A stretch of DNA of 64,000 nucleotides from an uncultured bacterium. GTDB lineage: Bacteria > Patescibacteriota > JAHJAL01. Below the pieces are notes generated by a model that searched no databases, was not told the origin of the DNA, and saw only the letters and a program-made list of their open reading frames with translations. The stretch is taken from positions 15,342 to 79,341 of the forward strand of contig CALKWM010000017.1 of assembly GCA_938004065.1 (NCBI GenBank), given 5' to 3'. Of the stretch, positions 43,881 through 53,834 are shown one piece after another; the first letter of the stretch is position 1; the number at the start of each line of letters is the position of its first letter. The translations under genes and the position numbers were made by a program.

Positions 43881-44651
43881 TTACTTCAAATTAAACTGTA
43901 TCTCTCTAATCACCGTTTTAACCGGAACCATTTCAGTTGAATATACGAAAACATACGGCTGAGTCTCCCTAGATAAACCAATTCTTTCCACCTGATCCAA
44001 AAAACTCCAACTAGTACCATCGCGACTATAATCAAAACTTACCTTTTCACCATCTTTCGTCATTCGCAGATATATTTTTGAATCGATAAAATTTACATGT
44101 TTGTACTTTTTTACCCCATCGATATCATCCCTCTCCATCACATATACCGAATCAGCAATATCCAGATCAGTTTCCAATGCATGACTATCATAAGCACGAG
44201 ATATTCTGATCCATTTATTGTTGGACGTATCAAATAGACCGATTCCCGCATGTTGAAAATCAACTTTCGGAGAAAAAATCATACTTACCGTCAATTGATA
44301 ATCCTGATCAGTTAAAAAAGATAACACCGGGGCCGTATCTGTGCTCGTCCATTGACTGGTTCGCGCACCCGCATTGAGAGTCAATTCTTCTTTTACATAA
44401 TCCACATCATAAAAATTATCTGACAATCCGCCATCATTCCACAACCAAAAACTATCCAACTCCCCATCACGAAAATTTTCATAAAAATCGGATCGTACAA
44501 TTTGCGGTTTGCCATCATTTGTATCATTCACATCACCATTATCATCACCGATGACTGTTTCTTCGGTCCATGAATTATACAAATAATACCCTCCAAAACC
44601 CAATCCAATCAACAAAACCAACCCTAAAATTACATAAATTATTTTATTCAT
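43881..44651 (-). CDS. Membrane-anchored protein with concanavalin A-like (beta-xylosidase C-terminal/DUF1349-like) domain
   Basis: N-terminal TM; FQHAGIGL, YLRM...FDYSRDGTSW beta-sandwich pattern. Confidence 0.6.
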   Translation of the reverse strand: MNKIIYVILGLVLLIGLGFGGYYLYNSWTEETVIGDDNGDVNDTNDGKPQIVRSDFYENFRDGELDSFWLWNDGGLSDNFYDVDYVKEELTLNAGARTSQWTSTDTAPVLSFLTDQDYQLTVSMIFSPKVDFQHAGIGLFDTSNNKWIRISRAYDSHALETDLDIADSVYVMERDDIDGVKKYKHVNFIDSKIYLRMTKDGEKVSFDYSRDGTSWSFLDQVERIGLSRETQPYVFVYSTEMVPVKTVIREIQFNLK

Positions 44652-44675
44652 ATATCTATTTTACCAAAAATATTT

Positions 44676-45449
44676 TTATTTTTTCTGACTTATATTTGTC
44701 ACTCGTGTAACTTTCCTGGCAATATCAATCGCTTTTTGATGCGCCACATGTTCAACTTCATCATTTAACTCACATAATTGATAAGTTCCATATTTACGTT
44801 CAAATGCCTTCTTGATCAACCAATCTGCCAGCCAAGGATTTTTAGGTAGTAAGCTCCCATGCAAATAACTTCCTACCGCATTGTGGAAAACCACACCTTC
44901 CGTCCCATCTTCACCGTTATTTCCTCGTCCATATTCAACCTTGGCCAAAGGTTTATTTTTTTCCAAATTCACATATGTCCTACCACTATGATTTTCAAAT
45001 CCAACCAAAGTTTGTCCCTCACCACCAATATCAGATCTTGCCAATACATTTCCGATAAATCTCTCTTTTCCACCAACAGTATATAAATCAAACAAACCGG
45101 TACCATCTATCCGATCATTATCAATCGGATCATAATACTTTCCCATCAACTGTAAACCTCCGCAAATCGCCAACATGGCCGCCTTGGATTTAATAATCTG
45201 ATCTTTTATCATCTCCCCAACATGCTTCAAGTCCACTGCCACCGCTAACTGTTGTTGATCTTGACCACCTCCGAAAAAAAACAAATCCACTTTAGTAAAA
45301 TCATACTGATCACCGATATTATATTCCTCAACCACCACATCTTTCCCTCGCCATTCAACCCGTTTTTTCAAAGCAATCACATTACCACGATCACCATAAA
45401 TATTCATTGATCTTGAATACAAAAAGCATATTGTGATAAAATCACCCAT
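44676..45449 (-). CDS. gatD: Lipid II isoglutaminyl synthase, glutaminase subunit GatD
   Basis: MNIYGDRGN, GGGQD, ICGGLQ, GFENH and YLHGSLLPKNP motifs; coupled to murT. Confidence 0.92.
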   Translation of the reverse strand: MGDFITICFLYSRSMNIYGDRGNVIALKKRVEWRGKDVVVEEYNIGDQYDFTKVDLFFFGGGQDQQQLAVAVDLKHVGEMIKDQIIKSKAAMLAICGGLQLMGKYYDPIDNDRIDGTGLFDLYTVGGKERFIGNVLARSDIGGEGQTLVGFENHSGRTYVNLEKNKPLAKVEYGRGNNGEDGTEGVVFHNAVGSYLHGSLLPKNPWLADWLIKKAFERKYGTYQLCELNDEVEHVAHQKAIDIARKVTRVTNISQKK

Positions 45450-46840
45450 TATTTTTTCTCCTTCCAGTATTCTTTCAAAAAACCTTTTTTAACCAATACC
45501 GAACGAAACTCCATCATTCCTGTATAGCTAGCCATCACGAAAATAGTTCCTTCCTCACGCATATCGATTAAATCATCAATCAAAATTGCCATATTTGATT
45601 CATGTGCCATAATTTTTTCATCAATACCTGCATATTTCATTCTCACAATCATATCTTGCGCTCGCAAACCGGAAACTACCAACCAGTTTAATCTGCCATC
45701 AAGTTTTTCAAAATCAACATCCCAAATCCAAGAAACATCACGTCCATCAGCATAATTATCGTTCAAAATAAATATCAAATTCAATTTTGATTCTATTGTC
45801 AATACAGTATCCAGCAATTGATTGAAACCGGTAGGATTTTTTGACAGCATCAGATACATTTCATTTTTGTTATTTACACTCAATTTTTCAAATCTACCAA
45901 AAACCGGTTTGAATTTCTGCAAACTCTCAAAAATTAACTCATTTTCCACGCCCCACGCCCGAGCTACCGCCACCGCTCCGGCAACATTATAAACATTATA
46001 CAAACCGGGCAAATTGGTTACCAACAAAGGTATAAGTTCTCCCTTTGCTTCAATTGCAATTTTGATCCTATCCAAATTATTTATATCATAATCCACCACT
46101 TTATAATCCAAAATCGGTCGCTTAAAACCACATTTGTCGCACCGATAGTCACCCAAATGAGCTAAAAAATATCCCGAATATTTCAAAACATTTCCACATT
46201 TAACACATTTCTCCACATCCAAAACAGTTTGAGATATTTTTTCGCTCTTGTTTACATCCAGACCAAAAAAAACCTTTTCCACACCTTTGTTCTTACTTTC
46301 CGCTAAATTATAAACCAAAGGATCATCGGCGTTTAAAACCAATTTTGAACCTGCCGGCATATCATCAACTGCGGTCAAAATTAATTTTTGCAATGAATCC
46401 AATTCACCATATCGGTCAAGTTGATCACGAAATAAATTGGTCACCAACAACGTTTTTGTCTTTAATTCAAACAACAAATTTTTTAAATCGGCCTCATCTA
46501 CCTCCAAAACAGCCAGATCAGCCATGACTCGACCCTGCCAATCAACCATATCTAAAAACTCGGAAATCAATCCGCGTGATAAATTTGAACCGGTCCTGTT
46601 TACTACCACCTCATATCCCGCCCGATCGAAAATATCCGCCAGCAATCCCACCGTCGTAGTCTTACCATTGGTACCCGTTACCAAAATCGATCCATGCTTC
46701 AATCTGGAAGCAAACTGTATCAAAAAATTCCGATTGATTTTATTTACAACCAATCCCGGCAATGCGCTACCTCCCGATCCCAATAACTTCAAACCGACTT
46801 TAATCAACTTACCTAACCATATTGTAATGAGATATTTCAT
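45449..46840 (-). CDS. murT: Lipid II isoglutaminyl synthase subunit MurT
   Basis: GTNGKTTT, NLFRDQLDRYGE, Cys4 insert, KNPTG and ADGRDVSWIWD motifs. Confidence 0.93.
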   Translation of the reverse strand: MKYLITIWLGKLIKVGLKLLGSGGSALPGLVVNKINRNFLIQFASRLKHGSILVTGTNGKTTTVGLLADIFDRAGYEVVVNRTGSNLSRGLISEFLDMVDWQGRVMADLAVLEVDEADLKNLLFELKTKTLLVTNLFRDQLDRYGELDSLQKLILTAVDDMPAGSKLVLNADDPLVYNLAESKNKGVEKVFFGLDVNKSEKISQTVLDVEKCVKCGNVLKYSGYFLAHLGDYRCDKCGFKRPILDYKVVDYDINNLDRIKIAIEAKGELIPLLVTNLPGLYNVYNVAGAVAVARAWGVENELIFESLQKFKPVFGRFEKLSVNNKNEMYLMLSKNPTGFNQLLDTVLTIESKLNLIFILNDNYADGRDVSWIWDVDFEKLDGRLNWLVVSGLRAQDMIVRMKYAGIDEKIMAHESNMAILIDDLIDMREEGTIFVMASYTGMMEFRSVLVKKGFLKEYWKEKK

Positions 46841-46881
46841 ACCTCTAATTCTATCAAAAATTACTCAAATTACCCATTTTT

Positions 46882-46917
46882 AAAAACCGCCAACATATTT
46901 ATCACTTGTTGACGGTT
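46882..46917 (-). terminator. Intrinsic terminator after the Gre-family gene
   Basis: AACCGTCAACA...TGTTGGCGGTT followed by TTT on the minus strand. Confidence 0.6.
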
Positions 46918-46950
46918 CCTATATAAACATGTAAATAACTTATTAAACTA

Positions 46951-47400
46951 TCACGATACGCTCATAATACGATATTCAAACTCGCCTGATGGTGCCCTCA
47001 CCGAAACAGTATCTGCTTGTTTTTTATTTAACAATGCTCTACCCAGAGGCGACATCTCTGAAATATAACCATTGACCGGATCCGCCTCCAAAGAAGTAAC
47101 AATTGTATAATCCTTCTCCAACGCCCCATATTTTACCTTTACGGTAGAACCCAAAGTTACACTATTTTTTTGACTCTTCTTTAAACCATAATGGATTTTT
47201 CTTAAATCAGTAACCCTCTTTTGCCAGTATAAAACCTCCATTTTAGTTTCGTTATATTCCGGAGTATCCAAAACCGCTCTACCCATCTCCAACAAATCTT
47301 TAATTTTCGCCTTTGCTTCTTCATTTTTTTCCACCGCATATTGCAACCTATCAGATATTCTACCCATACCTTTTCCCTTGATAAACTTTAAGCTTGTCAT
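46951..47400 (-). CDS. GreA/GreB-family transcription factor, atypical
   Basis: C-terminal VTLGSTV, EADP..G.IS..SPLGRAL and V.AP.G motifs; coiled-coil N-terminus; GGAGG SD. Confidence 0.85.
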   Translation of the reverse strand: MTSLKFIKGKGMGRISDRLQYAVEKNEEAKAKIKDLLEMGRAVLDTPEYNETKMEVLYWQKRVTDLRKIHYGLKKSQKNSVTLGSTVKVKYGALEKDYTIVTSLEADPVNGYISEMSPLGRALLNKKQADTVSVRAPSGEFEYRIMSVS

Positions 47401-47477
47401 AATCAACCTCCAAATAATTATTTAAATATTTTTTACTCACTAAACTTATTGTCTAATTTTAAAATTAAAAATTACCT

Positions 47478-47507
47478 AAAAAAAGATTAGAATACTCTAA
47501 TCTTTTT
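47478..47507. terminator. Bidirectional-type terminator after the histidine kinase
   Basis: AAAAAGATTAGA-ATAC-TCTAATCTTTTT. Confidence 0.6.
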
Positions 47508-47530
47508 CGATAATATTTATAAAAGCATTA

Positions 47531-49453
47531 CTAGGATGTTTTCACAATCGGAATTTCTAGATAAAATTTAGTTCCTTTATCCACCTCACTCTCCACTTTT
47601 ATCGTACCTTTATGTGCTTCTACAATCCATTTAACAATTGATAACCCCAACCCTGAACCACCCTTATCACGTGTCCGCGATTTATCAACTCGATAAAAGC
47701 GATCAAAAATGTACTCCTTTTCATCATCGGGAATACCTATTCCATTATCTTCAACTTCGACTAGTAAAATATTGTCATTTTTTTCCAATCTAACTTGCAC
47801 TTGTGCGTTATCACCTGAATACTTTAATGCATTTTCCACCAAATTCCACATCACGCTACCCAGCTTGTCCTTATCACCATGTACCAATATATCTTCCTCC
47901 ATCGAGATATTCACATTCTGCATTTTCAAATTCAAACCTTCTAACCTGACAAATAAACCTCGAACAATTTCACTAAACTCAAAATCCTCAGTATTTAACT
48001 TGATTTTCCCTTCCTCCATATTGATCAATGTCGTCAAATCTTTCACCATTACCGTCATTTTGTCCAACTCGTTTTCCACTATATCCAAAACTTCTTCATA
48101 ATCTTCTCTCGTTGACATTTTATTTTGTTTTAGTATTTCCACATTACCGGACATCACCGTCAATGGTGTTCTCAGTTCATGTGAAACATCCGCTAAAAAA
48201 TCACGTTGTCTCTTGAGCAAATCACTAAGTTTAGCATGAGTAATCTCTAATTTTCGAAAAGACAACTCTATCTGCTCCTCCAATCTGGCACTAACGCTCA
48301 CATCATCAAAAGCGCAAACCACACCGCTAATATGATTATTTCTATCATAAAATGGATGAATCCTAACATTCAAAAACACCACTCGTTCATCCAAAGACAA
48401 ATTCAATTTATAACGATCAACTTGATAAGGTTTCAAACTCCTTAAAACCCAACTTGACCATTCTTCCAAAAACTTTAAATCTGGAAACATGCTTCCAATA
48501 CCTTTACCCCTTACTTCATCAATACTTTTTCCAAACATCACTTCTACTTGATTATTGACAAATTTGATCCGCAAATCTTTATCAATCGTAACTATACCGG
48601 TTGTAATAGTCTCCAAAATACGTCGATTAATTTCACTCATCTCTTTGTACTCCATCTCCAATTTAACCTGTTCAGAAACATCAACAATCACTCCAATTGA
48701 CTTGATATCAAAATCACTATCAACATTTTTCGAAACTGACATCATTACCGGCAACAATTCACCATTTTTCTTTTTCAAACGTAAACGATATATGAAAACA
48801 TTACCATGCTGTTTACGATTTTTGATAGAAAATTTCCCATCTTTTTGTTCTACGTCTCCCTCGTAACACCAATTCATCCAATGTTTGCCAATCATTTCCG
48901 ACGAATCATATCCCAACATATCAAAAAACCTTTGATTTGCGTATTCCAGACTCCCATTACTGGCAATAACCGTCGCTCCTTCCGTCATAGCATTTACCAC
49001 GTATCTGATGAAAACATCCGTTTTATAATTACTACGAAAATACTTTTTTCCCACATCCGACGCCTCAGTTACAAAAACATAACCGATCAGTTCATTTTTA
49101 CTATTAATAACCGGATATAGATATATATCCACAAATATTTCTCCACCGGCATGACTATCATGTTTGTACCTCAAAATTTTTTCCATTTTCTTTGTCCGTT
49201 CTACTTCCACAAATAGCGAATGTAATTGTTCGGTATCAAAAGGAAAAAAACTTTTAAAAAAATCTTTGTTTAGCAAATCTTCTGGATTTTTCACCACTTT
49301 TGACCATACAAATCGGTTTACATGTACGATCTTTTTATCCACAGTCAAAATCACAACACCATGCATCACCGTATCCAAAGCGGTACTAAATAAACTGTTT
49401 TCCCTTGGTTCGATCGTCTCCGATCTAAATTTTATATTCTCAAAATCAAACAT
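47531..49453 (-). CDS. Cytoplasmic multi-PAS sensor histidine kinase
   Basis: Three PAS-like repeats; SHELRTPL H-box, NLVENALKY, DNGIGI, FDRFYR and GSGLGL; no TM. Confidence 0.93.
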   Translation of the reverse strand: MFDFENIKFRSETIEPRENSLFSTALDTVMHGVVILTVDKKIVHVNRFVWSKVVKNPEDLLNKDFFKSFFPFDTEQLHSLFVEVERTKKMEKILRYKHDSHAGGEIFVDIYLYPVINSKNELIGYVFVTEASDVGKKYFRSNYKTDVFIRYVVNAMTEGATVIASNGSLEYANQRFFDMLGYDSSEMIGKHWMNWCYEGDVEQKDGKFSIKNRKQHGNVFIYRLRLKKKNGELLPVMMSVSKNVDSDFDIKSIGVIVDVSEQVKLEMEYKEMSEINRRILETITTGIVTIDKDLRIKFVNNQVEVMFGKSIDEVRGKGIGSMFPDLKFLEEWSSWVLRSLKPYQVDRYKLNLSLDERVVFLNVRIHPFYDRNNHISGVVCAFDDVSVSARLEEQIELSFRKLEITHAKLSDLLKRQRDFLADVSHELRTPLTVMSGNVEILKQNKMSTREDYEEVLDIVENELDKMTVMVKDLTTLINMEEGKIKLNTEDFEFSEIVRGLFVRLEGLNLKMQNVNISMEEDILVHGDKDKLGSVMWNLVENALKYSGDNAQVQVRLEKNDNILLVEVEDNGIGIPDDEKEYIFDRFYRVDKSRTRDKGGSGLGLSIVKWIVEAHKGTIKVESEVDKGTKFYLEIPIVKTS

Positions 49454-50124
49454 CAATTTTCTGTTATCTTATATCCTACACCCCTAATAGTCTTGATCAA
49501 TTTTTTTGCATAACCGTCATCAACTTTCTTTCGCAAATATCGTATATATACATCTATCGTATTGGTAAAACTATCAAAATCATAATCCCAAACATGTTCA
49601 GCAATCATAGTCCTGGTTAACACTTGGTTTTTGTTTCGCATCATGTATTCCAATAGACTGTATTCTTTTTTACTCAATTCAATTTCATTCTCTCCTCTTT
49701 TCACCAGCCGGCTGGCCGGATCCAACTCCAAATCGGCAATTCTCAAAATCACTTGCTTTACATTATCACCCCTTCTGAGCAAGGACCTGATTCTGGCAAG
49801 AAGCTCTTTAAAAGCAAATGGTTTTACCAGATAATCATCCGCTCCGGCGTCCAGTCCTTTCACTCGATCATCAATACTATCTTTGGCGGTCAACATAATA
49901 ACCGGAGTGGCAATACCACCATCACGCAATTCTGAACACAACTTCATACCATCTTTGCCCGGCAACATCACATCCAATACTATCAAATCCAAAGTTTCAT
50001 CTTTGGCTTTTTCCATACCTTTTACCCCATCATAAGCGACATCGACCGTATAACCCTCATACTGTAAACCTTTGCGCACAAAACTGGTAATTCTCTTTTC
50101 ATCCTCAATAACTAAAATTTTCAT
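49453..50124 (-). CDS. OmpR-family response regulator
   Basis: IEDE, LDVMLP, LTAK, GADDYLVKPF receiver; winged helix with TIRGVGY. Confidence 0.95.
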   Translation of the reverse strand: MKILVIEDEKRITSFVRKGLQYEGYTVDVAYDGVKGMEKAKDETLDLIVLDVMLPGKDGMKLCSELRDGGIATPVIMLTAKDSIDDRVKGLDAGADDYLVKPFAFKELLARIRSLLRRGDNVKQVILRIADLELDPASRLVKRGENEIELSKKEYSLLEYMMRNKNQVLTRTMIAEHVWDYDFDSFTNTIDVYIRYLRKKVDDGYAKKLIKTIRGVGYKITEN

Positions 50125-50129
50125 AAAAA

Positions 50130-50156
50130 AATTTAGATGAATAATTCATCTAAATT
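50130..50156. terminator. Perfect 12-bp inverted repeat between lgt and the response regulator
   Basis: AATTTAGATGAA-TAA-TTCATCTAAATT, with a U-run that abuts the response regulator start on the minus strand. Confidence 0.45.
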
Positions 50157-50181
50157 ATAACTTACTTTTATTAAAAAATCA

Positions 50182-50937
50182 TTAGAGTTTGATTAATGCC
50201 CCTTTTCTTTCTCTTAGAATTAAGCATATGCCAAACCCCGCAAGCAAACAACCCAAGATAATTGTCAACCAAAATCTCACGTTATCTCCCACAAAATCCT
50301 TGGCCCAAATATCGATAATCGTCCTGTTTAAACCATAAACAATCATTGTCAAGTATATCAATTTACCCGACCAGATTTTTCTAATAAATAAAAACATCAT
50401 CACCGCAAATATCACCAAAGCGTTCAAAGCATAATACAGAGCGATCGGATGCCGGAAATCTCCCAAAACATAAATACTCCATGGCAAACTAGCTATTTTT
50501 CCGATATGATCATTGATCAAAAAACAACCAACTCTGGCAAAAAACAATCCCAACATTGCTGATAATGCCATTGCGTCCCAAAAAACTTTTCGTTCAAATT
50601 TGTAATATCTATTGACATACCACCAAACAAAAAGACTGATCGAAATAACCGCCCCATAACTCGTCAAACCTCCATTCCAAACAGCCACTATTTCACTTGG
50701 ATTATCAAAATAATATTGATAATCAATCATTACTTGCAACAATCTGGCACCGATAATTCCGGATATCACAATTCCCAACACCAACCATGAACTGTCAAAT
50801 TTTATCCTCTTTTTTAACATGATAAAATCAAACAAAAACCAACCGGCCAATACTCCGATAGCCAACATCAAACCCCAAACCTGCACCCGCGCCCCAAAAA
50901 TTCCCAGCTCGGTTATATGAATTTTTTCGTACCACAT
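50182..50937 (-). CDS. lgt: Prolipoprotein diacylglyceryl transferase
   Basis: WGLM, IGARL, WNGGLTSYG, RVGCF and RHP..LY motifs; GGAGG SD at the ATG at 50937. Confidence 0.88.
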   Translation of the reverse strand: MWYEKIHITELGIFGARVQVWGLMLAIGVLAGWFLFDFIMLKKRIKFDSSWLVLGIVISGIIGARLLQVMIDYQYYFDNPSEIVAVWNGGLTSYGAVISISLFVWWYVNRYYKFERKVFWDAMALSAMLGLFFARVGCFLINDHIGKIASLPWSIYVLGDFRHPIALYYALNALVIFAVMMFLFIRKIWSGKLIYLTMIVYGLNRTIIDIWAKDFVGDNVRFWLTIILGCLLAGFGICLILRERKGALIKL

Positions 50938-50961
50938 AAATTTTCCTCCTTCAACAAAAAA

Positions 50962-51033
50962 TACCGCCACGGGGAATCGAACCCCGATTACCAGATTGAG
51001 AATCTGGCGTCCTAACCGTTAGACGATGGCGGC
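50962..51033 (-). tRNA. tRNA-Glu (anticodon CUC)
   Basis: Reverse complement GCCGCCA...CCAGA-TT CTC AA-TCTGG...GGTTCGA...TGGCGGT-A; no CCA. Confidence 0.95.
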
Positions 51034-51038
51034 ATATT

Positions 51039-51064
51039 GTACGGGCGACCCTAGCGGTCGCCCG
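51039..51064. repeat. REP-like palindrome, copy 1
   Basis: GTA-CGGGCGACC-CTAGC-GGTCGCCCG. Confidence 0.6.
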
Positions 51065-51120
51065 ATCTATCATTCTCTAACAATCCGCTATAAATATCTA
51101 TACATTCATTACATCTTAAT

Positions 51121-52059
51121 TCATGCTAACAAAATTTTCTTGATCTTGGAAGCGATATCCACCGCATCAGAGTATTCCCTTTGCCAAATATTGCGCCCAA
51201 AGATCACGCCATCCACTCCGCATTCCATCGCCAATGATACATTTTGTAAACTTTCTTTTTTTGAAGACAAATCTCCACCCGACAACAACGTTCCCATTGT
51301 ACCCGCACTATCCACCACCTTTTGTAACAACTCTTTTTGGCTAAATTTTGTCATCAGGTTATACTGAGCAAATATATCATCCATATTAAACCCGCCTTTA
51401 GGCATTTTGGGCAAATTAAATTTTACTATATCCGCTCCCAACTCCATCGCCACTCGCACAGCATAATCAACCGCTGCCACACTATCCTTGCCCCCATCTA
51501 CCGAAATTCTCTCCCCGCGTGGATAGGCCCATACTATCACTGGCAAATCATATTTATCTGCCTGTCTTCTGATATCAGCAAATTGCCGAAAATCTTCATT
51601 CTGCCAACTGCTACCAACATATAATGTATAACCGATCGCATCCGCTCCCAAGTCAACTGCTTCTTCAACAGTAGCATTAACTACCGAGAAGGGTGCAATA
51701 TTAGGAATTTGTGTTTTTCCGTTAATCTTTACAACCAAAGGAATATTTTTCCTATACTTAACTTTTTTCCAATATCTTTTAGCCAGCCCATACTGCATGG
51801 CTATCGCAGAATATCCTACTTTCATGGCAATTTCCAACTGAAATTCTGGATTCGCCGACTCGGGATTGGCAAAAAAATCAACCGGACCATGTTCCAAACC
51901 CTGATCGATTGGCAAGATAAAAAATTTTCCATTTGATAAAGAAATCTTCTTCAATCTGCGACTTTTTTCTTTCGTATAAATCTCACATTCCGGATCAAAA
52001 ATTTGTTTTCTTCCTTTTCTTATAACCATTTTCAATCCTTGACTCAAATTTTTTTCCAT
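51121..52059 (-). CDS. Class I (DhnA/archaeal-type) fructose-bisphosphate aldolase
   Basis: PIDQGLEHGP, LGADAIGYT, WAYPRG, ELGADIVK (Schiff-base Lys) and FGRNIWQ motifs. Confidence 0.9.
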   Translation of the reverse strand: MEKNLSQGLKMVIRKGRKQIFDPECEIYTKEKSRRLKKISLSNGKFFILPIDQGLEHGPVDFFANPESANPEFQLEIAMKVGYSAIAMQYGLAKRYWKKVKYRKNIPLVVKINGKTQIPNIAPFSVVNATVEEAVDLGADAIGYTLYVGSSWQNEDFRQFADIRRQADKYDLPVIVWAYPRGERISVDGGKDSVAAVDYAVRVAMELGADIVKFNLPKMPKGGFNMDDIFAQYNLMTKFSQKELLQKVVDSAGTMGTLLSGGDLSSKKESLQNVSLAMECGVDGVIFGRNIWQREYSDAVDIASKIKKILLA

Positions 52060-52064
52060 ACTTT

Positions 52065-52136
52065 TTAACTGTTAAATACTACAATAGATAACGCAAAACT
52101 TACCGCCATCAAAGCATGCACCCAAGTTAATTTCAT
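52065..52136 (-). CDS. 23-aa hydrophobic micro-ORF (not in the ORF track)
   Basis: AAGGAG SD then ATG; MKLTWVHALMAVSFALSIVVFNS; stops 5 nt before the aldolase start. Confidence 0.55.
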   Translation of the reverse strand: MKLTWVHALMAVSFALSIVVFNS

Positions 52137-52215
52137 GATATTTTCTCCTTTATTTTTTTCCTTACAACACAATTAAATTTTATCACACCACAACTTTAAA
52201 TATTGTATAATTCCG

Positions 52216-53763
52216 TTACTTCTTTTTTAAACCTTTATCTCCAACCATTTTTAAAGAAAGTATGCTCATTCCCAAAATCAAAGTAAATGTCACTAAAGGA
52301 ACACGCACATTTTCACCATTCGAAGATTCAATTATTAATGCTTCGTTTTTACTAAATTTATTTTCTGAAAAAACCAGATAAACAAAAGTATACATGTCAC
52401 CTCTTGCCTTTTCCCTATTTTCTTTATATTCATCCCAACCCGAAGAATTTCTATTTATTCCCTTTATTTCATTTCCTTGCAAAAGCAAAAATTCATAATT
52501 TATATCACCTACAGATACTTTTACAATCTTTTTTTCAATAATATCAGTCTGTTCATCCTTGTCCACACTACTCATTACTTTAACTTTACCCGCAAGCTCG
52601 CCCCGATCAATTTTTTCACCATTAACTTCCAATTCCAAAAAATTATTTAAATAACCTGAAATTACTTTATTTACATCAAAATTTACCCAGGATTTTTTCT
52701 CATACTTCACATTTTCTACAATTTCCTTTTTATCTACCCATTTTGATGGCAATTTCAAAGGTACGGAAACACGTTTTTCATAGCTAACCTTTAAAGCTAT
52801 CTTTATTTTTTCTTTTATGACCCTATAATCATTTTCCGTTAACTCTTCTTCGACTAAACTTTTTTTAACATCAGACAATATTTTATCAGCTTGATTATCA
52901 ATGTCAAATTCCATAATTTCTGCAAAAATCTCTGGTTTATTTTCTTTCACTTGCGTTAAATTACCTACTGTCACTCCATAATTTGAAACTAGACTTTCCG
53001 CGATTTTATTTCCATCACCAATCATTTTCACAGTATAACCATTATCAATATCTTCTATAATTTTCATCTGATTATTGTAGGCCTCTACATATTCATCACT
53101 AATTCTAAAACGCAACTCATCACCCTGCTCCTGAGATTCTTTTATTTGTATAATTGATTTTTCATAAATTCCAAACTCAAAATCATTAAAAAATTCGTTC
53201 ATAAACAATTTTGCCATTACGACAGTCTCTTTCATTCCTTCTTCATCACCATTTTTTGAATACTCAATAAACAATTCAACAAATTTATCCATCCATGTGC
53301 CAACAAAAACAGATAGATTTTTTGGATCCTTCCTGGCAATATCGAATAACTTTTTTACTTCAATCCTCAATTCGTCATTTTCCGATAATCCTAAAGTATC
53401 AAAACTAGGATCTATCTCTTCCTGAACTTCTGCAACAGTATCTTTCCAATTTTTGTATGCGGGAACATTTTCTAACAATCCTTTTTCTGGAACATATATC
53501 CCCATCTTCTCCTCAATTTCCTCTGAATTTGACACTAATTTTTTCACTTCTTCCAATACTTTCAAATATCTTTCATTATCTTCTTGACTAACGTTTGACA
53601 ATTTGGCAATTTTTTTTCCGGACCCACTAACCTTTTTAAAACAACCTCCCAACCCCAGCATATTTGAAAGAAATAAGGCACTAATACCCAAGGTAGCTGC
53701 CAATTTTTTGACTTCTTTTTTTATCCCTATTTCTTCGCTAGATTTTGTCGCTAATTTTTTCAT
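52216..53763 (-). CDS. Hypothetical probable lipoprotein
   Basis: Hydrophobic stretch ending in the lipobox LGGC; Lys/Glu-rich body with no recognised domain. Confidence 0.65.
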   Translation of the reverse strand: MKKLATKSSEEIGIKKEVKKLAATLGISALFLSNMLGLGGCFKKVSGSGKKIAKLSNVSQEDNERYLKVLEEVKKLVSNSEEIEEKMGIYVPEKGLLENVPAYKNWKDTVAEVQEEIDPSFDTLGLSENDELRIEVKKLFDIARKDPKNLSVFVGTWMDKFVELFIEYSKNGDEEGMKETVVMAKLFMNEFFNDFEFGIYEKSIIQIKESQEQGDELRFRISDEYVEAYNNQMKIIEDIDNGYTVKMIGDGNKIAESLVSNYGVTVGNLTQVKENKPEIFAEIMEFDIDNQADKILSDVKKSLVEEELTENDYRVIKEKIKIALKVSYEKRVSVPLKLPSKWVDKKEIVENVKYEKKSWVNFDVNKVISGYLNNFLELEVNGEKIDRGELAGKVKVMSSVDKDEQTDIIEKKIVKVSVGDINYEFLLLQGNEIKGINRNSSGWDEYKENREKARGDMYTFVYLVFSENKFSKNEALIIESSNGENVRVPLVTFTLILGMSILSLKMVGDKGLKKK

Positions 53764-53834
53764 TTTATTAATATTTACTTTATAGAACTTCTAACCCAAT
53801 TCTATCATATTTACATACATCGATATTATCAACC

